Part shown: piece after piece, positions 1 through 9,065 of the stretch
Position numbering within the stretch: position 1 is the stretch's first letter
Layout of the letters: each line of letters starts with the position of its first letter
DNA from: a virus
Lineage: Duplodnaviria; Caudoviricetes
Virus record (IMG/VR): IMGVR_UViG_3300014208_000126
Coordinates: 1 to 24,116 of that record
DNA: 24,116 nt
Reading direction: 5' to 3' (one strand)
Notes under the pieces: model-generated
What the model was told of the DNA's origin: nothing
Database searches by the model: none
Seen by the model: the letters and a program-made list of their open reading frames with translations, nothing else
Program-made: the position numbers and the translations under genes

Positions 1-1071
1 TACAGGATGGTTTGTGCCGCTCTGTACGCATGCATATACGTTTCCAGAGTCGGTCACAACATCAATATAGGTTGCATCATTGACATATGCAGTGCCGCTG
101 TCCCATACACCTTTCAAACGCATCGAAACGCCCTGGTCGCCTTTCGCGCCGTCCGGCAGTCTGATCGCCACGCTCCATGCGCCGCCGGGATAACGTTCAC
201 GCCAGTACATATCTTCTGCGGTTTGGGTTGCATGCCAGCTGGTTACTCCATCAATGGAGAATTCAATGTCGCGCCCGGAAGCGAGCAGTTCATCAAGTGC
301 AAGATATTTTAAATTATCCTTGGAATCCTGGGCGGCGGCAGTCCTGTAAAGGGGATCGTTTTGAGAAGGGGAAGGGGATGAATCATTTATTATGTTATGG
401 TATTGTATCCCGTCCTGAAGAATAATGGAGTCATCTCCGGAGATATAGCGCCGCGCTTCAACAATCGCTTCTATTTCTTCCGAATTTCCAAGCTTTTCTT
501 CGGCTTCAGGCGTGTTGCAGGCTATCCGGAATGACAATTTGCCGCCTGTCTTGCTGGCCGCGCTCCAGTCTCCGGACATATTCACTTTTGAATTATCGGC
601 ATATATCATCAGGGGTTCAAGGAAAACAACCCCGTCATTTTCCAGATAAATGTGATCCAGCGTATGTGAAACCACAAGACTGTAGATATTATTCGCAAGG
701 GTATAATCAGTGTAATCAACATCCTCGGTGTCTCCGGCGGTATTCGTAAGGCGGACAGTTCCAGTCAAGGCCGGCGTTTCGGTGGTTGATTTTACTGGAA
801 TTATTGTGACCGCGCCGGAAAGGCCGGCATTCAGTTGCGCGTTTTGAATGCTTTTGATGTAATCCGTATCTACGGCAAGATCGAAAGTGTCGGTTTCGTT
901 AAAGACAGCGGGTGATCCGAGATTATCCCTGAAGCTTATGCAAAGAATTACTATTTTTTCATTAAGAAATAGTTTTGCCCAGTCTCCGCTTGAAAGAGCA
1001 TTTCCGAATAAGTCGGTAAATTTTCCCGTTTCGTAATTGCAGTAAAGATATATCTTTTTTAGGTTTGCCAT
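1..1071 (-). CDS. Tail fibre / receptor-binding protein, partial (runs off the left edge; missing from the ORF track)
   Basis: Manual translation: ATG at 1071 after a GAGG RBS, with 357 open codons to the edge (MANLKKIYLYCNYETGKF...IEFSIDGVTSWHATQTAEDMYWRE...WSVAIRLPDGAKGDQG...KGVWDSGTAY...DVVTDSGNVYAC). Contains a short collagen-like GAKGDQG and a W-x-x-G-T-A-Y...D-V-V aromatic repeat typical of fibres. Last gene of the tail module in this window. Confidence 0.75.
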   Translation of the reverse strand, partial: MANLKKIYLYCNYETGKFTDLFGNALSSGDWAKLFLNEKIVILCISFRDNLGSPAVFNETDTFDLAVDTDYIKSIQNAQLNAGLSGAVTIIPVKSTTETPALTGTVRLTNTAGDTEDVDYTDYTLANNIYSLVVSHTLDHIYLENDGVVFLEPLMIYADNSKVNMSGDWSAASKTGGKLSFRIACNTPEAEEKLGNSEEIEAIVEARRYISGDDSIILQDGIQYHNIINDSSPSPSQNDPLYRTAAAQDSKDNLKYLALDELLASGRDIEFSIDGVTSWHATQTAEDMYWRERYPGGAWSVAIRLPDGAKGDQGVSMRLKGVWDSGTAYVNDATYIDVVTDSGNVYACVQSGTNHPV

Positions 1072-1087
1072 ATTAACCTCTTTTCAT

Positions 1088-1104
1088 AGCTGTTTTGTTC
1101 GGGA
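1088..1104 (-). promoter_or_regulatory. Conserved motif copy 1 (TCCCGAACAA-AACA-GCT), putative late promoter for the tail fibre gene
   Basis: Exact match to the four-copy consensus; 16 nt upstream of ATG 1071. Bases 1085-1105 are identical over 21 bp to 9046-9066. Confidence 0.65.
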
Positions 1105-1105
1105 A

Positions 1106-1987
1106 CTACCAATCCTTATATTGAAAACCGGACTCGCATTTATATATGAAAGTCCATTGGGTAAAAAGGCAGTACCATTCATCGTTGGGTATAGATTCAC
1201 CACGGATACCCGCAACCGTGAGCCATGGCGAATAATGATAGTCTGCATCAGTGCTTTGAATGTCAGATTCGATTGTTTCGGAATACACCTTGCGAGTTTT
1301 CAAATCATAATAACCCTGCATAGTGCTGAGATCCCTCTGATCCCATACTTCCCATGTGTGCGCTGGTATCTTGCCTATGCTTGCACCATTGGCCAGCCAT
1401 GTATTGGAGGTTATTGATTTGGGATGGCAAAATCTTATCTGTGACCAGTCGCTTTTACGCTCTACCAATCCCCCAATGTATCCCTCAGGAACAGATGTTA
1501 AAGGATAATCCCAGCGCCATCTGCAAAGATCCAGTATTTTCCTTTTTTGGTACAGGTATTCAGGGGTAACGCTGGCAAGTCCATAGGGGAAACCGTAATC
1601 GAGGTTTATAATTTCTGAATCTCCTGAAACTTCCAGATATCTCGCCTCCGTCCATGTTGATGGAAGCCATATGCCATACCACCATTTCCATTGAACTTCG
1701 CCAGCCCCAGGATTATAATTCCAGTAATTTTCCTCCAACTGGACAAGATGATCGATATATGGATTGTTCTGTGTCAGAAATCCATTCATCTGTCCATCAA
1801 AAGCAGATATGAAATAACTGAAATCAAAACCGCCGCCGAACCATTGCGGAATACGCGCCCATGAATCGGTTTTCTTGGCAAAACTACGCTCTCCCCAGCA
1901 TTCGGACAATTCTTTGAAGACAGCATTACTGCCTTTCAATGCCCCTGCGCTTGTCCAGTTCACGCCTAAATTTCCCCAGTTGCCCAT
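1106..1987 (-). CDS. Trp/Tyr-rich hypothetical tail-tip protein (293 aa from MGNWGNLG)
   Basis: ATG at 1987 overlaps the stop of the 820-aa gene (TAATG coupling), so it is preferred over the track start at 2053. Lies within the tail module. Confidence 0.6.
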   Translation of the reverse strand: MGNWGNLGVNWTSAGALKGSNAVFKELSECWGERSFAKKTDSWARIPQWFGGGFDFSYFISAFDGQMNGFLTQNNPYIDHLVQLEENYWNYNPGAGEVQWKWWYGIWLPSTWTEARYLEVSGDSEIINLDYGFPYGLASVTPEYLYQKRKILDLCRWRWDYPLTSVPEGYIGGLVERKSDWSQIRFCHPKSITSNTWLANGASIGKIPAHTWEVWDQRDLSTMQGYYDLKTRKVYSETIESDIQSTDADYHYSPWLTVAGIRGESIPNDEWYCLFTQWTFIYKCESGFQYKDW

Positions 1988-4449
1988 TAGTATGCCCTCG
2001 TGCTTGCGTAGATTGCTCCGTAATACCACTGCGTGACTCCAGACAGAATCCAAGTGTCATCGCTTCTATTCCATATGAAATTAGCCTTGCCTAGAATTCG
2101 TCTGGACACACGTTCCATTTCGACTGGATAGTTCCCGTATTCACCCGCCACGGGATAAAGACTGGCAGACGCAACCACGGCATGAACCCACGCACCTGTC
2201 ACAGTATTCCACCACCAATCAAGACAGATATATTGAATCGTCCTTGAAGGTTCGAGGGTGGTTTCATTCACATGGAACGCGTAACAGTATGTGCCAACAT
2301 CAATTATAAGATAACTGTCAATATCATTGGCATCCGAACTGGAGTTTCCACAAACCTTCACATGTGTTGCATCGGTCTTTTTAAGTGCAAACGGGCCGGT
2401 ATAATTAAAACCGCCGCCACCTCCGCTCTTCAGTCTTACATTCTCGCCGGTGAGCTGCTCCTCGATCTTCGCAAGCCTGGCATTCACGGCCTTTGTGCTT
2501 GAGGAAATATTGCGCTTTGAAATCTTCTGTAGGTCGAGATCGGCGAAATCCGTGGAAATATTCAAGGTATAATTGATGAAATCATATTCGATACTTGAAA
2601 TAACGGTCCCGACCGGTGTAAAGGATCCACCGGAATAAATCTGCGTCACCATATACCCGAGATAATCAAAGGCATATACATTCTCACTAGTGTATGAAAC
2701 CGTGTTCCGGATTCTGCCATACCAGGCCTTGGCCAGAGCGGCGAATTTTTTCAGGGCTTCGCGATCATCCTTATAAATAGTCCAAATGCCGACGGACGTT
2801 GTTTCATTCCTGTCAATCCTGGTCCCGGGAGCTGCAACCCAGTAATGGAAGCCCGGGACATAGATATTCTTTGTCCTAGCCGCCGGACCGGAGGTTTCCA
2901 CGCCGGCCATCTTATAGGCAAGTACCGAGTCCGTGAAGATGGAACCTGTAAAAAGGCAGTCCGAATAATCATAAAGCTGCGCGTATTCGGAATCTGCAAT
3001 TATCGCACTGTTTTTTGAAAGCATATGGGGTAGATGCGGTTTAACTTGGATACCGGGAGCGTCATCCATAATTGACAGACCGATGCTCGGATGTTCCTCG
3101 GTATCGTCAGTGATAGTCTTATCGGCGATAAAATAATCACCGTTTTCGCTCTTGATGAAGAAAAGCGGGTTTTTATAATCGGAATCCTTTTTTGCATTGT
3201 CTTTCAAAATCGGAAGTTTTCTGTCAAAAGTATGCGCCGGATAGATGATAGGATTGGTTTCTGCATCTGCATAGGTAACAGAGCAGTCGGCTTCATTTAC
3301 CAGGGGAATAAGGGCAACCTGGTTGCAGTCCTTCCCGTTCCAGCCATTGAATTTCCATGCGCTCCAGAGCTTTTCGTATTTTTCATCCTGGCGTTCGAAA
3401 TCTGCCTTGCCGGCGTATTCGGTTTCAAGGGTATCATCCCAGTCATTTGCGAGACCGCCTGTGGAAGTTCCTATCTTGAATGTTGCCATGACACGGACCG
3501 GCTCGGAAAAGACGCGAACATAATCATAGGCAGACTGCTCAACCTGTGAAATCCGCACATTCTGGAATGACCGGGATGATTCTATTTCCGACCCGAGAGT
3601 TGCAGTCTGATTATTCGCCGGAATAATTATTTCATTCCCTATTTTAATTTCAGTTTCAATAATGGAAAAAACATCGATATGCGGAAGATTGTCTATTATC
3701 GTCACCTTGTAGGAGAAACCATATTCCGGGCGGATCAGTTCATTGAAACACTGACGGAGCGTCTTACCCTCGGGATCAAGTGACATTGTGATATTTGCGA
3801 GGCTTTCGTACTTGCCGGCCAAATCCCATTCAAGTCCGGAAGCGGCGGAAAATTTCAAAAGCAGATATTCGATAATATCGTAGGCCGTCCAGAGATCCGC
3901 ATAATCGGAATACTCGAAAATATAAGAATCCCCTTGGCGGACTTGTGAGCGGTTTTTGATGAATTCAGAAGTCGCCCCGTTGAACGGAATTATTGCGGTG
4001 ACATTTCCGTAATCTTTGGAATATGTTTTATCGATATAAACGCGGTCAAGTAGGAAGTCCAAGGAATAGGCGCGGTAAATATTGTTTCCAGTGGGGATCG
4101 TTTCATCCCCGGCGGAATATGTTCCCTGCGGGGCATCCTCCTGATTTGCAATGTATCCGGTGAAAATATCCGTATAGACCTCGGATGAATTCGGGAAAGA
4201 CACCCGGACAAATTTACCGCGAAGGTCAAGAACTGGTTCGGATGTGAATTTAGACGCTCCATTAAGTGCAATGAATCCGTATTTATGTGACAAGACGGCC
4301 TGTGACATGGCCGGGGCGGTCTTCTGGCTTACAAAGTCGCAGAAAACATTGGTTGACGGTACTAAGTCGGAAGCATACACACCGACAAGTGAGTCTGAAA
4401 TATAGACTTTTGGCGGATAGGTTTTTCCGATGGTTGATATTGCGCTCAT
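1987..4449 (-). CDS. Large tail-tip / baseplate hub-like protein (820 aa)
   Basis: Long ORF two genes after the tape measure. Beta-rich N-terminal region, then a short coiled coil, a GGGGG hinge and a YTGPF motif before a distinct C-terminal domain. Confidence 0.65.
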   Translation of the reverse strand: MSAISTIGKTYPPKVYISDSLVGVYASDLVPSTNVFCDFVSQKTAPAMSQAVLSHKYGFIALNGASKFTSEPVLDLRGKFVRVSFPNSSEVYTDIFTGYIANQEDAPQGTYSAGDETIPTGNNIYRAYSLDFLLDRVYIDKTYSKDYGNVTAIIPFNGATSEFIKNRSQVRQGDSYIFEYSDYADLWTAYDIIEYLLLKFSAASGLEWDLAGKYESLANITMSLDPEGKTLRQCFNELIRPEYGFSYKVTIIDNLPHIDVFSIIETEIKIGNEIIIPANNQTATLGSEIESSRSFQNVRISQVEQSAYDYVRVFSEPVRVMATFKIGTSTGGLANDWDDTLETEYAGKADFERQDEKYEKLWSAWKFNGWNGKDCNQVALIPLVNEADCSVTYADAETNPIIYPAHTFDRKLPILKDNAKKDSDYKNPLFFIKSENGDYFIADKTITDDTEEHPSIGLSIMDDAPGIQVKPHLPHMLSKNSAIIADSEYAQLYDYSDCLFTGSIFTDSVLAYKMAGVETSGPAARTKNIYVPGFHYWVAAPGTRIDRNETTSVGIWTIYKDDREALKKFAALAKAWYGRIRNTVSYTSENVYAFDYLGYMVTQIYSGGSFTPVGTVISSIEYDFINYTLNISTDFADLDLQKISKRNISSSTKAVNARLAKIEEQLTGENVRLKSGGGGGFNYTGPFALKKTDATHVKVCGNSSSDANDIDSYLIIDVGTYCYAFHVNETTLEPSRTIQYICLDWWWNTVTGAWVHAVVASASLYPVAGEYGNYPVEMERVSRRILGKANFIWNRSDDTWILSGVTQWYYGAIYASTRAY

Positions 4450-4475
4450 ATTTTTTCTTATTTAAAAATTTAAAA

Positions 4476-4496
4476 CACGCTAAAGCTGTGAACTCC
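4476..4496 (-). repeat. REP-like element GGAG-TT-CACAGC-TTTA-GCGTG
   Basis: GGAG tetranucleotide followed by an imperfect hairpin; intergenic. Confidence 0.5.
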
Positions 4497-4499
4497 AAC

Positions 4500-4535
4500 A
4501 AGAACAGCCCTTGCGGGCTTGACTACAAACGAATT
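4500..4535 (-). repeat. 36-bp REP-like repeat copy 1 (GTAG-TCA-AGCCC-GCAA-GGGCT)
   Basis: 35/36 identical to 7584-7619; GTAG followed by a hairpin with a GCAA tetraloop. Confidence 0.8.
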
Positions 4536-4537
4536 AA

Positions 4538-4574
4538 AACTTTAGAACTTTCGCATTCCCGCACTTTCGAACTT
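4538..4574. repeat. Degenerate octamer tandem repeat (AACTTTAG AACTTTCG CATTCCCG CACTTTCG AACTT)
   Basis: Period-8 pattern read directly from the sequence. Confidence 0.6.
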
Positions 4575-4577
4575 ATT

Positions 4578-4952
4578 TTAACCCGCCCTCTGGAGTGTCC
4601 ATTTGCAGATTACGATATATTCGTTATTGTCGGTGGAGGCTAATATTTGCCTGTGATTCGCCGTAACGGCATGGACAAAAACCATCCTGTAAGCCGTGCC
4701 GCTCCAATCAATTATATTTACAAACCTCCCTTGGAGAGCCTGATAATCTGTTTTGGCGCGGACGGCAAGGGATTCCGTCCGGAATGTACTGCGTGTTTCA
4801 ATTTGAAACCTGTCACCGCGCTTTCCCAGCTTACGGAATGTATGCCCGTCAATTCCAGGACGTGTTTCATCTTCAACCCAATCCCCGTAATTGCCGAAAT
4901 CACCGGACATGGAATTAAAAACGTAATCGTTTATTTGTATCTCGCTTGCCAT
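4578..4952 (-). CDS. Distal-tail-like protein (124 aa)
   Basis: Small gene coupled to the tape measure stop (TAATG); beta-rich, with an RPGIDG motif. Call rests on synteny. Confidence 0.55.
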   Translation of the reverse strand: MASEIQINDYVFNSMSGDFGNYGDWVEDETRPGIDGHTFRKLGKRGDRFQIETRSTFRTESLAVRAKTDYQALQGRFVNIIDWSGTAYRMVFVHAVTANHRQILASTDNNEYIVICKWTLQRAG

Positions 4953-6448
4953 TATTCGGCCTCCTGGGAGTTGGGATTCTGCTTGTCTGATTTTTTGCGT
5001 TTTTCCTCTGCGGCGGCCTGTTCATATTGCGATCCAAGCTTATCAAGGGCTTTCACGAGCCGTTCAATCCCCTCCTTGTCCTTGTATAAAAACTGCCGTA
5101 TTCCGCCAGTCTCCAGATCATTGGCATATACCGAGGCGAGATTGCCGCCATTTTTAGCCGCCGCAAGTTCCCTGAATGTCTGCGCACCTTTAATATTGAC
5201 CAACGTATTTCCCCATCCCTGCAACTGCATTGCCTCGTTAAACTGCTTTGTGGCCTCCGCATTTATTTGATCGGGAGTTCTTTTTGAATAAGCCGCCTCT
5301 TTTTTCGCTTCGCCTGTGGCGGCAGACTGAACCGCTGCGCCATAAGGCCCACGAGACAATGATTCAATAAAATCCTTTCCCCTTCTTTCATCCGTACCGG
5401 AAATTTTGGAGCGGGATTCAACTTCCTCGCTTATGGATTTATATCGGCCAGTGTCCTTGAGTGCGTTCAAAACAAAAGCCTCCACCTCCGGTTTTGTCTT
5501 GAGTTTCTCAAGCATAAGCTGTTTATCCTTGTCATTTGCTCCGGCATACCATTTTTGCAGATTGGCAAGACGCTCTATAGTATTTTCGCCCTCCACGGAC
5601 TTGTAATCTATTTTATTTTTTCCAGTTTTACTGTCAACAGTTTCATACGGAATAATATCGCGTTCGCTTTTTTGCAGGAATCTGCCATACGCCTTTGAAG
5701 CGCGATCTCCTTCCTTGTCGCCGATGAGCCGGGCTATGGTGGATTGGATTTTCAACGCCTCTTTAGGCTTGTCTCCGTAAAGTTCGCCGGATATCGCCGT
5801 CCTCATCAATCCCATCTGCCCTTCCATGGACGTGATTCCGGAAGCGGCGGTATTACGCTTAAGCCAGCCTAAAATTTCCTCAGGTTTTTTCATGCCAGTT
5901 ATGTTCTGGGCTTTTATTATTCCTCCTAAAAGGGTTTTAGCATCTCCGCCGCCTTGCTCCTCGATGTCATGCGCCGTCATCATGGCGCCCATAAGCTGAT
6001 CTTTGTTTTTAGCCCCCTGACCGGACGGGAGCATTTTCCAAAACTCGCTCATTCTTCCGCCGCGTTTCTGGAATTCCCCGGCCATTTTATCAAGTCCGGA
6101 CACACCTCCCATAAAATCACTTGCGACATTAGCGAGAGCCGCTCCACGGGCTTTACCTATATCCAGATGCACATCCCTGGACAACTCGCGGTTTTTCAGC
6201 ATTATCTCATAGGCTTTTTTCAATTCGTTGGTGACGGCCATTACGGCACCGGCCAGCGATACCGGCCCGACAAACTGTTTTACAACCCCGATTATTTCCT
6301 TTTCAATACCTGAAAACGCCGATTTTCCGGCAGTACCGACATCTTTTAGTTTCCCCTGAAGAGTCTCCACCCGTCCTTCAAGTTGCCGGATTTTGTCTAT
6401 CAAGAGCTTCTCGCCCTGGGAACTCATGTTGAAAACAATCGGGGGCAT
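4952..6448 (-). CDS. Tail tape measure protein (498 aa, short)
   Basis: Helical Ala/Gly/Lys-rich protein with an N-terminal coiled coil and a hydrophobic GPVSLAGAVMAV stretch; follows the chaperone gene that carries the slippery site. Confidence 0.75.
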   Translation of the reverse strand: MPPIVFNMSSQGEKLLIDKIRQLEGRVETLQGKLKDVGTAGKSAFSGIEKEIIGVVKQFVGPVSLAGAVMAVTNELKKAYEIMLKNRELSRDVHLDIGKARGAALANVASDFMGGVSGLDKMAGEFQKRGGRMSEFWKMLPSGQGAKNKDQLMGAMMTAHDIEEQGGGDAKTLLGGIIKAQNITGMKKPEEILGWLKRNTAASGITSMEGQMGLMRTAISGELYGDKPKEALKIQSTIARLIGDKEGDRASKAYGRFLQKSERDIIPYETVDSKTGKNKIDYKSVEGENTIERLANLQKWYAGANDKDKQLMLEKLKTKPEVEAFVLNALKDTGRYKSISEEVESRSKISGTDERRGKDFIESLSRGPYGAAVQSAATGEAKKEAAYSKRTPDQINAEATKQFNEAMQLQGWGNTLVNIKGAQTFRELAAAKNGGNLASVYANDLETGGIRQFLYKDKEGIERLVKALDKLGSQYEQAAAEEKRKKSDKQNPNSQEAE

Positions 6449-6509
6449 AAAAACACCTTAATTACGAATCAAATAAAACTCAAATCTGCGAATGTCGCAT
6501 TATAATTTT

Positions 6510-7208
6510 TCAGGTTGCCGCTTCTCCAGAGCCTGTGTCTGGCTCCCCTTGAAGTTTTTTTTTATCTTCAAAATGCGCAAGAATTTCCTTATATCCCTGC
6601 TTGTCGACTATGGCCTCGATAATTCCCCGGTAGGCTTCCTGCGTGAATAATCCCAGGGCGGAACATTCGATATCATTGATATTGTAATTGATTGAAAGCG
6701 CCATCAGGCAGATGTTTCGGACATCGTTTTCCTCAAGGCTGAATATCCCGGATTCATTGACACTCTGCCAGATAGTGTCCGCCATGTTGACCATTGATTT
6801 ATATTTCTCCTGAACCTTCCATTTCCATTCACCTTTTTCATCAAGGGATTCATATCTGGGAAGGGAAAAGCGCGGAGTGTCGATCAGAGCCACCGGAATG
6901 CGCCATGTACGGTTATCACCCAGGCGGACCATATAGCCCGGTACTCCGTATTCAGTGGAAATTTCGTCAGGAAGAAAATCATTCCGGGTTCCAATCCAGC
7001 ATCCGGCTATTTCCTGCCATTTATAGCCGTCCTCGGTATATTCAGGCAACATTCCCTCAAATGGGGCAATAAGCAGTCCGCCGACCATATTCCGAGGGCC
7101 TGCAGACCTCGCAACCCTTGAATATTTTACAAACCTATATGCAAGCTTCTCCGGGATTGTTCCGTCTTTGAAATAGTAGATTATCGGACTTTTTTTATTC
7201 ATTGTCAT
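6510..7208 (-). CDS. Tail assembly chaperone (gpG-like); predicted -1 frameshift product ends at 6469
   Basis: Directly upstream of the tape measure; ends ...EDKKKL on an A9 run (6555-6563). Confidence 0.6.
   Translation of the reverse strand: MTMNKKSPIIYYFKDGTIPEKLAYRFVKYSRVARSAGPRNMVGGLLIAPFEGMLPEYTEDGYKWQEIAGCWIGTRNDFLPDEISTEYGVPGYMVRLGDNRTWRIPVALIDTPRFSLPRYESLDEKGEWKWKVQEKYKSMVNMADTIWQSVNESGIFSLEENDVRNICLMALSINYNINDIECSALGLFTQEAYRGIIEAIVDKQGYKEILAHFEDKKKLQGEPDTGSGEAAT
6555..6563 (-). other. Slippery sequence (A AAA AAA), predicted -1 programmed ribosomal frameshift
   Basis: GAT AAA AAA AAA CTT; the -1 frame stays open to TGA at 6469-6471. Confidence 0.6.
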
Positions 7209-7561
7209 TTTCCCCTTATATGTCCGACTGTTTTCCGTGCGCTCTGGATTACAGTTATGATGTTTGCGGCTGAACTGCGTCCTTCCAGGGATTGGACTTC
7301 GAAGATTTCACCGGCTGCATTGGAAATCATGTCGCCATTCTCCGGATCGGCTATATCCGTACGCGCCAGCGTTACAGTTCCGTGTTTCTTCCAGGACTCG
7401 CCCGGTGTCTGGAATTCAGCGCCGAAATTATCGTATTCCCATACGGCCAGGATTATTTTTGCCGTGCCACCTTTCGAAGTGTATACGGTAGTTTCCGCAA
7501 ACTCATCGGGGTTCAGGATGACATTGGCCAGATCTGCGGCTATTTGTTCTTTGAAAGTCAT
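7205..7561 (-). CDS. Head-tail joining / head closure protein (gpFII-like)
   Basis: 118 aa; the N-terminus FKEQIAADLANVILNPDEFAE is typical of this family; GD motif in a beta-rich C-terminal half. Confidence 0.7.
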   Translation of the reverse strand: MTFKEQIAADLANVILNPDEFAETTVYTSKGGTAKIILAVWEYDNFGAEFQTPGESWKKHGTVTLARTDIADPENGDMISNAAGEIFEVQSLEGRSSAANIITVIQSARKTVGHIRGK

Positions 7562-7583
7562 AATTAATTCCAGTTTAATATTT

Positions 7584-7619
7584 AAGAACAGCCCTTGCGG
7601 GCTTAACTACAAACGAATT
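7584..7619 (-). repeat. 36-bp REP-like repeat copy 2 (GTAG-TTA-AGCCC-GCAA-GGGCT)
   Basis: 35/36 identical to 4500-4535. Confidence 0.8.
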
Positions 7620-7625
7620 CCAAGA

Positions 7626-7648
7626 CACAGGCAAGATGCTTGTGCTAC
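7626..7648 (-). repeat. REP-like element GTAG-CACAAGC-ATCTT-GCCTGTG
   Basis: GTAG plus a 7-bp stem with one mismatch; intergenic. Confidence 0.6.
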
Positions 7649-7652
7649 ATTA

Positions 7653-8138
7653 TCAAATCCCCCATGTGATTTTAAATTCCGCATACAGGATCTTTTCCTC
7701 GCCCTCTTTGCCGGAATAGAAGCCGGCAAGCGTAATCCTGTTTACGAGCATCAGGCTGTCAGTTCCAGATTTGTCCATAATCCCTTTTATCACGTCCCCG
7801 ATTTCATTGGAAAATGTTTTTATGGCATCAGAGGTGTAGCCGGTGGATGTCACGTCCTTTTCAAAAAGGAGCGTCAGACTTGAATCACGCTTAAAACTTG
7901 CATTGCCGGATGATGCCGAATCCCTTTCGGAACTCCAGTCGCCTCCCTGATATGTCAGCAGGGCCAACGGCCTTGTAACTCCGGACTCGGCTTCGAGAAT
8001 GGAGTAGATTCGCTGTTTTGCGAGTATCGCAGAGGCGGTACCGGTGAACGTGTGGAAAGCTGCGACATTCGCAAGAAGATTGGCAAAAGCTTCAACCGGA
8101 GCCCCGAAAAGACCTGTAAGCGTGACAGGAGCAGGCAT
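7653..8138 (-). CDS. Tail terminator-like protein (161 aa)
   Basis: Size, the RIY...RP.A pattern, a terminal beta strand (AEFKITW) and its position next to the tail tube gene. Confidence 0.55.
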   Translation of the reverse strand: MPAPVTLTGLFGAPVEAFANLLANVAAFHTFTGTASAILAKQRIYSILEAESGVTRPLALLTYQGGDWSSERDSASSGNASFKRDSSLTLLFEKDVTSTGYTSDAIKTFSNEIGDVIKGIMDKSGTDSLMLVNRITLAGFYSGKEGEEKILYAEFKITWGI

Positions 8139-8156
8139 ATAACCGTCCTCCTTTTT

Positions 8157-9011
8157 TTACGCAGCGGCCCATGTGAGGTAATCGTTACCGCTACCGCCAT
8201 AGACAGGAGTTGTGACAATCGATATTGTGGCAGGCCGTCCGCCGGAAATACCTTCGGCATGGACAAGGGCTTTCTTAAAAGTTCCCGTAAGCGTACCGGA
8301 TGGAACGCCGCCCTCAGCGAGTTTTCTGAAACTGAAAGATACATCTGCGGTACTGGCACCGGTATTTATTCGCGCCTGAGTAGCCGCCGAAAGTGATGCT
8401 GTTTTTACAGTCAATCCGGCTTCCTGCTTGTCGATATAGGCAAGTGTAGGATACGGCTTGCCGTTTTCCCCGGCATTGGTAGCCACGTTGTAACCAAAAT
8501 TCAGGTTGATATCCTGAATGCCGGTTATTACAGAACTTATGGTCAAATCTCCGATGATGTAGGCATCCCCGTGAACGCCCATCAGTGCGGTTGTGGTTCC
8601 AACAATGATCGGTTCCGTAACTCCGTCACTGGATATCGGATAAATATCAATGGACAGTTCAGCGGCCTGTCCCTGGGCTCCTTGCATCGTCATTGGAACA
8701 ATCAATCCTTTCCCGATCGTGAAACTGATATACCCGATTCCCATTCCGGACGCTTCATCATATGCCCGGAAAACAAGAACTACGGACGTGATCGCGGTAG
8801 GAGCCGCTATTAAATCCAGATCATGGGTTTTGAAAGAAATTTTCGGCGTATTTGTCAAAGTCACTCCAAGCGTCGGCAGGATATCGCCTCCTGCGGAGAG
8901 TATGGCTTTCTGCAAGGCCGGGGCAATAGAGAGTGAATTGTCTATGATATTTGAAAGGACTGAACCGTTGATGGAAGAGGCCCACGGGGTATGCCTGGCG
9001 ATGTCTGACAT
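8157..9011 (-). CDS. Major tail tube protein (284 aa)
   Basis: Gly/Thr/Ser-rich beta protein with a strong AAGGAG RBS, preceded by a motif copy; located in the tail module. Confidence 0.6.
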   Translation of the reverse strand: MSDIARHTPWASSINGSVLSNIIDNSLSIAPALQKAILSAGGDILPTLGVTLTNTPKISFKTHDLDLIAAPTAITSVVLVFRAYDEASGMGIGYISFTIGKGLIVPMTMQGAQGQAAELSIDIYPISSDGVTEPIIVGTTTALMGVHGDAYIIGDLTISSVITGIQDINLNFGYNVATNAGENGKPYPTLAYIDKQEAGLTVKTASLSAATQARINTGASTADVSFSFRKLAEGGVPSGTLTGTFKKALVHAEGISGGRPATISIVTTPVYGGSGNDYLTWAAA

Positions 9012-9048
9012 TTTAAAGCTCCTTGTTTTATAATTTATGCCTTTCCAT

Positions 9049-9065
9049 AGCTGTTTTGTTCGGGA
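9049..9065 (-). promoter_or_regulatory. Conserved motif copy 2 (TCCCGAACAA-AACA-GCT), putative late promoter for the tail tube gene
   Basis: Consensus match; intergenic, 37 nt upstream of ATG 9011. Confidence 0.65.

Noticed and set aside
1-4449. Diversity-generating retroelement or invertible tail cassette
   Set aside because: No reverse transcriptase, no invertase and no TR/VR pair with adenine-specific mismatches was seen in this window; they could lie outside it.
4283-4501. 72-aa minus-strand ORF MLEFTALAC...
   Set aside because: It starts within a REP-like element and overlaps the 820-aa gene out of frame.
4500-7619. 36-bp palindromic repeat as a CRISPR repeat
   Set aside because: Only two copies, 3 kb apart and separated by intact genes; no spacer periodicity and no cas genes.
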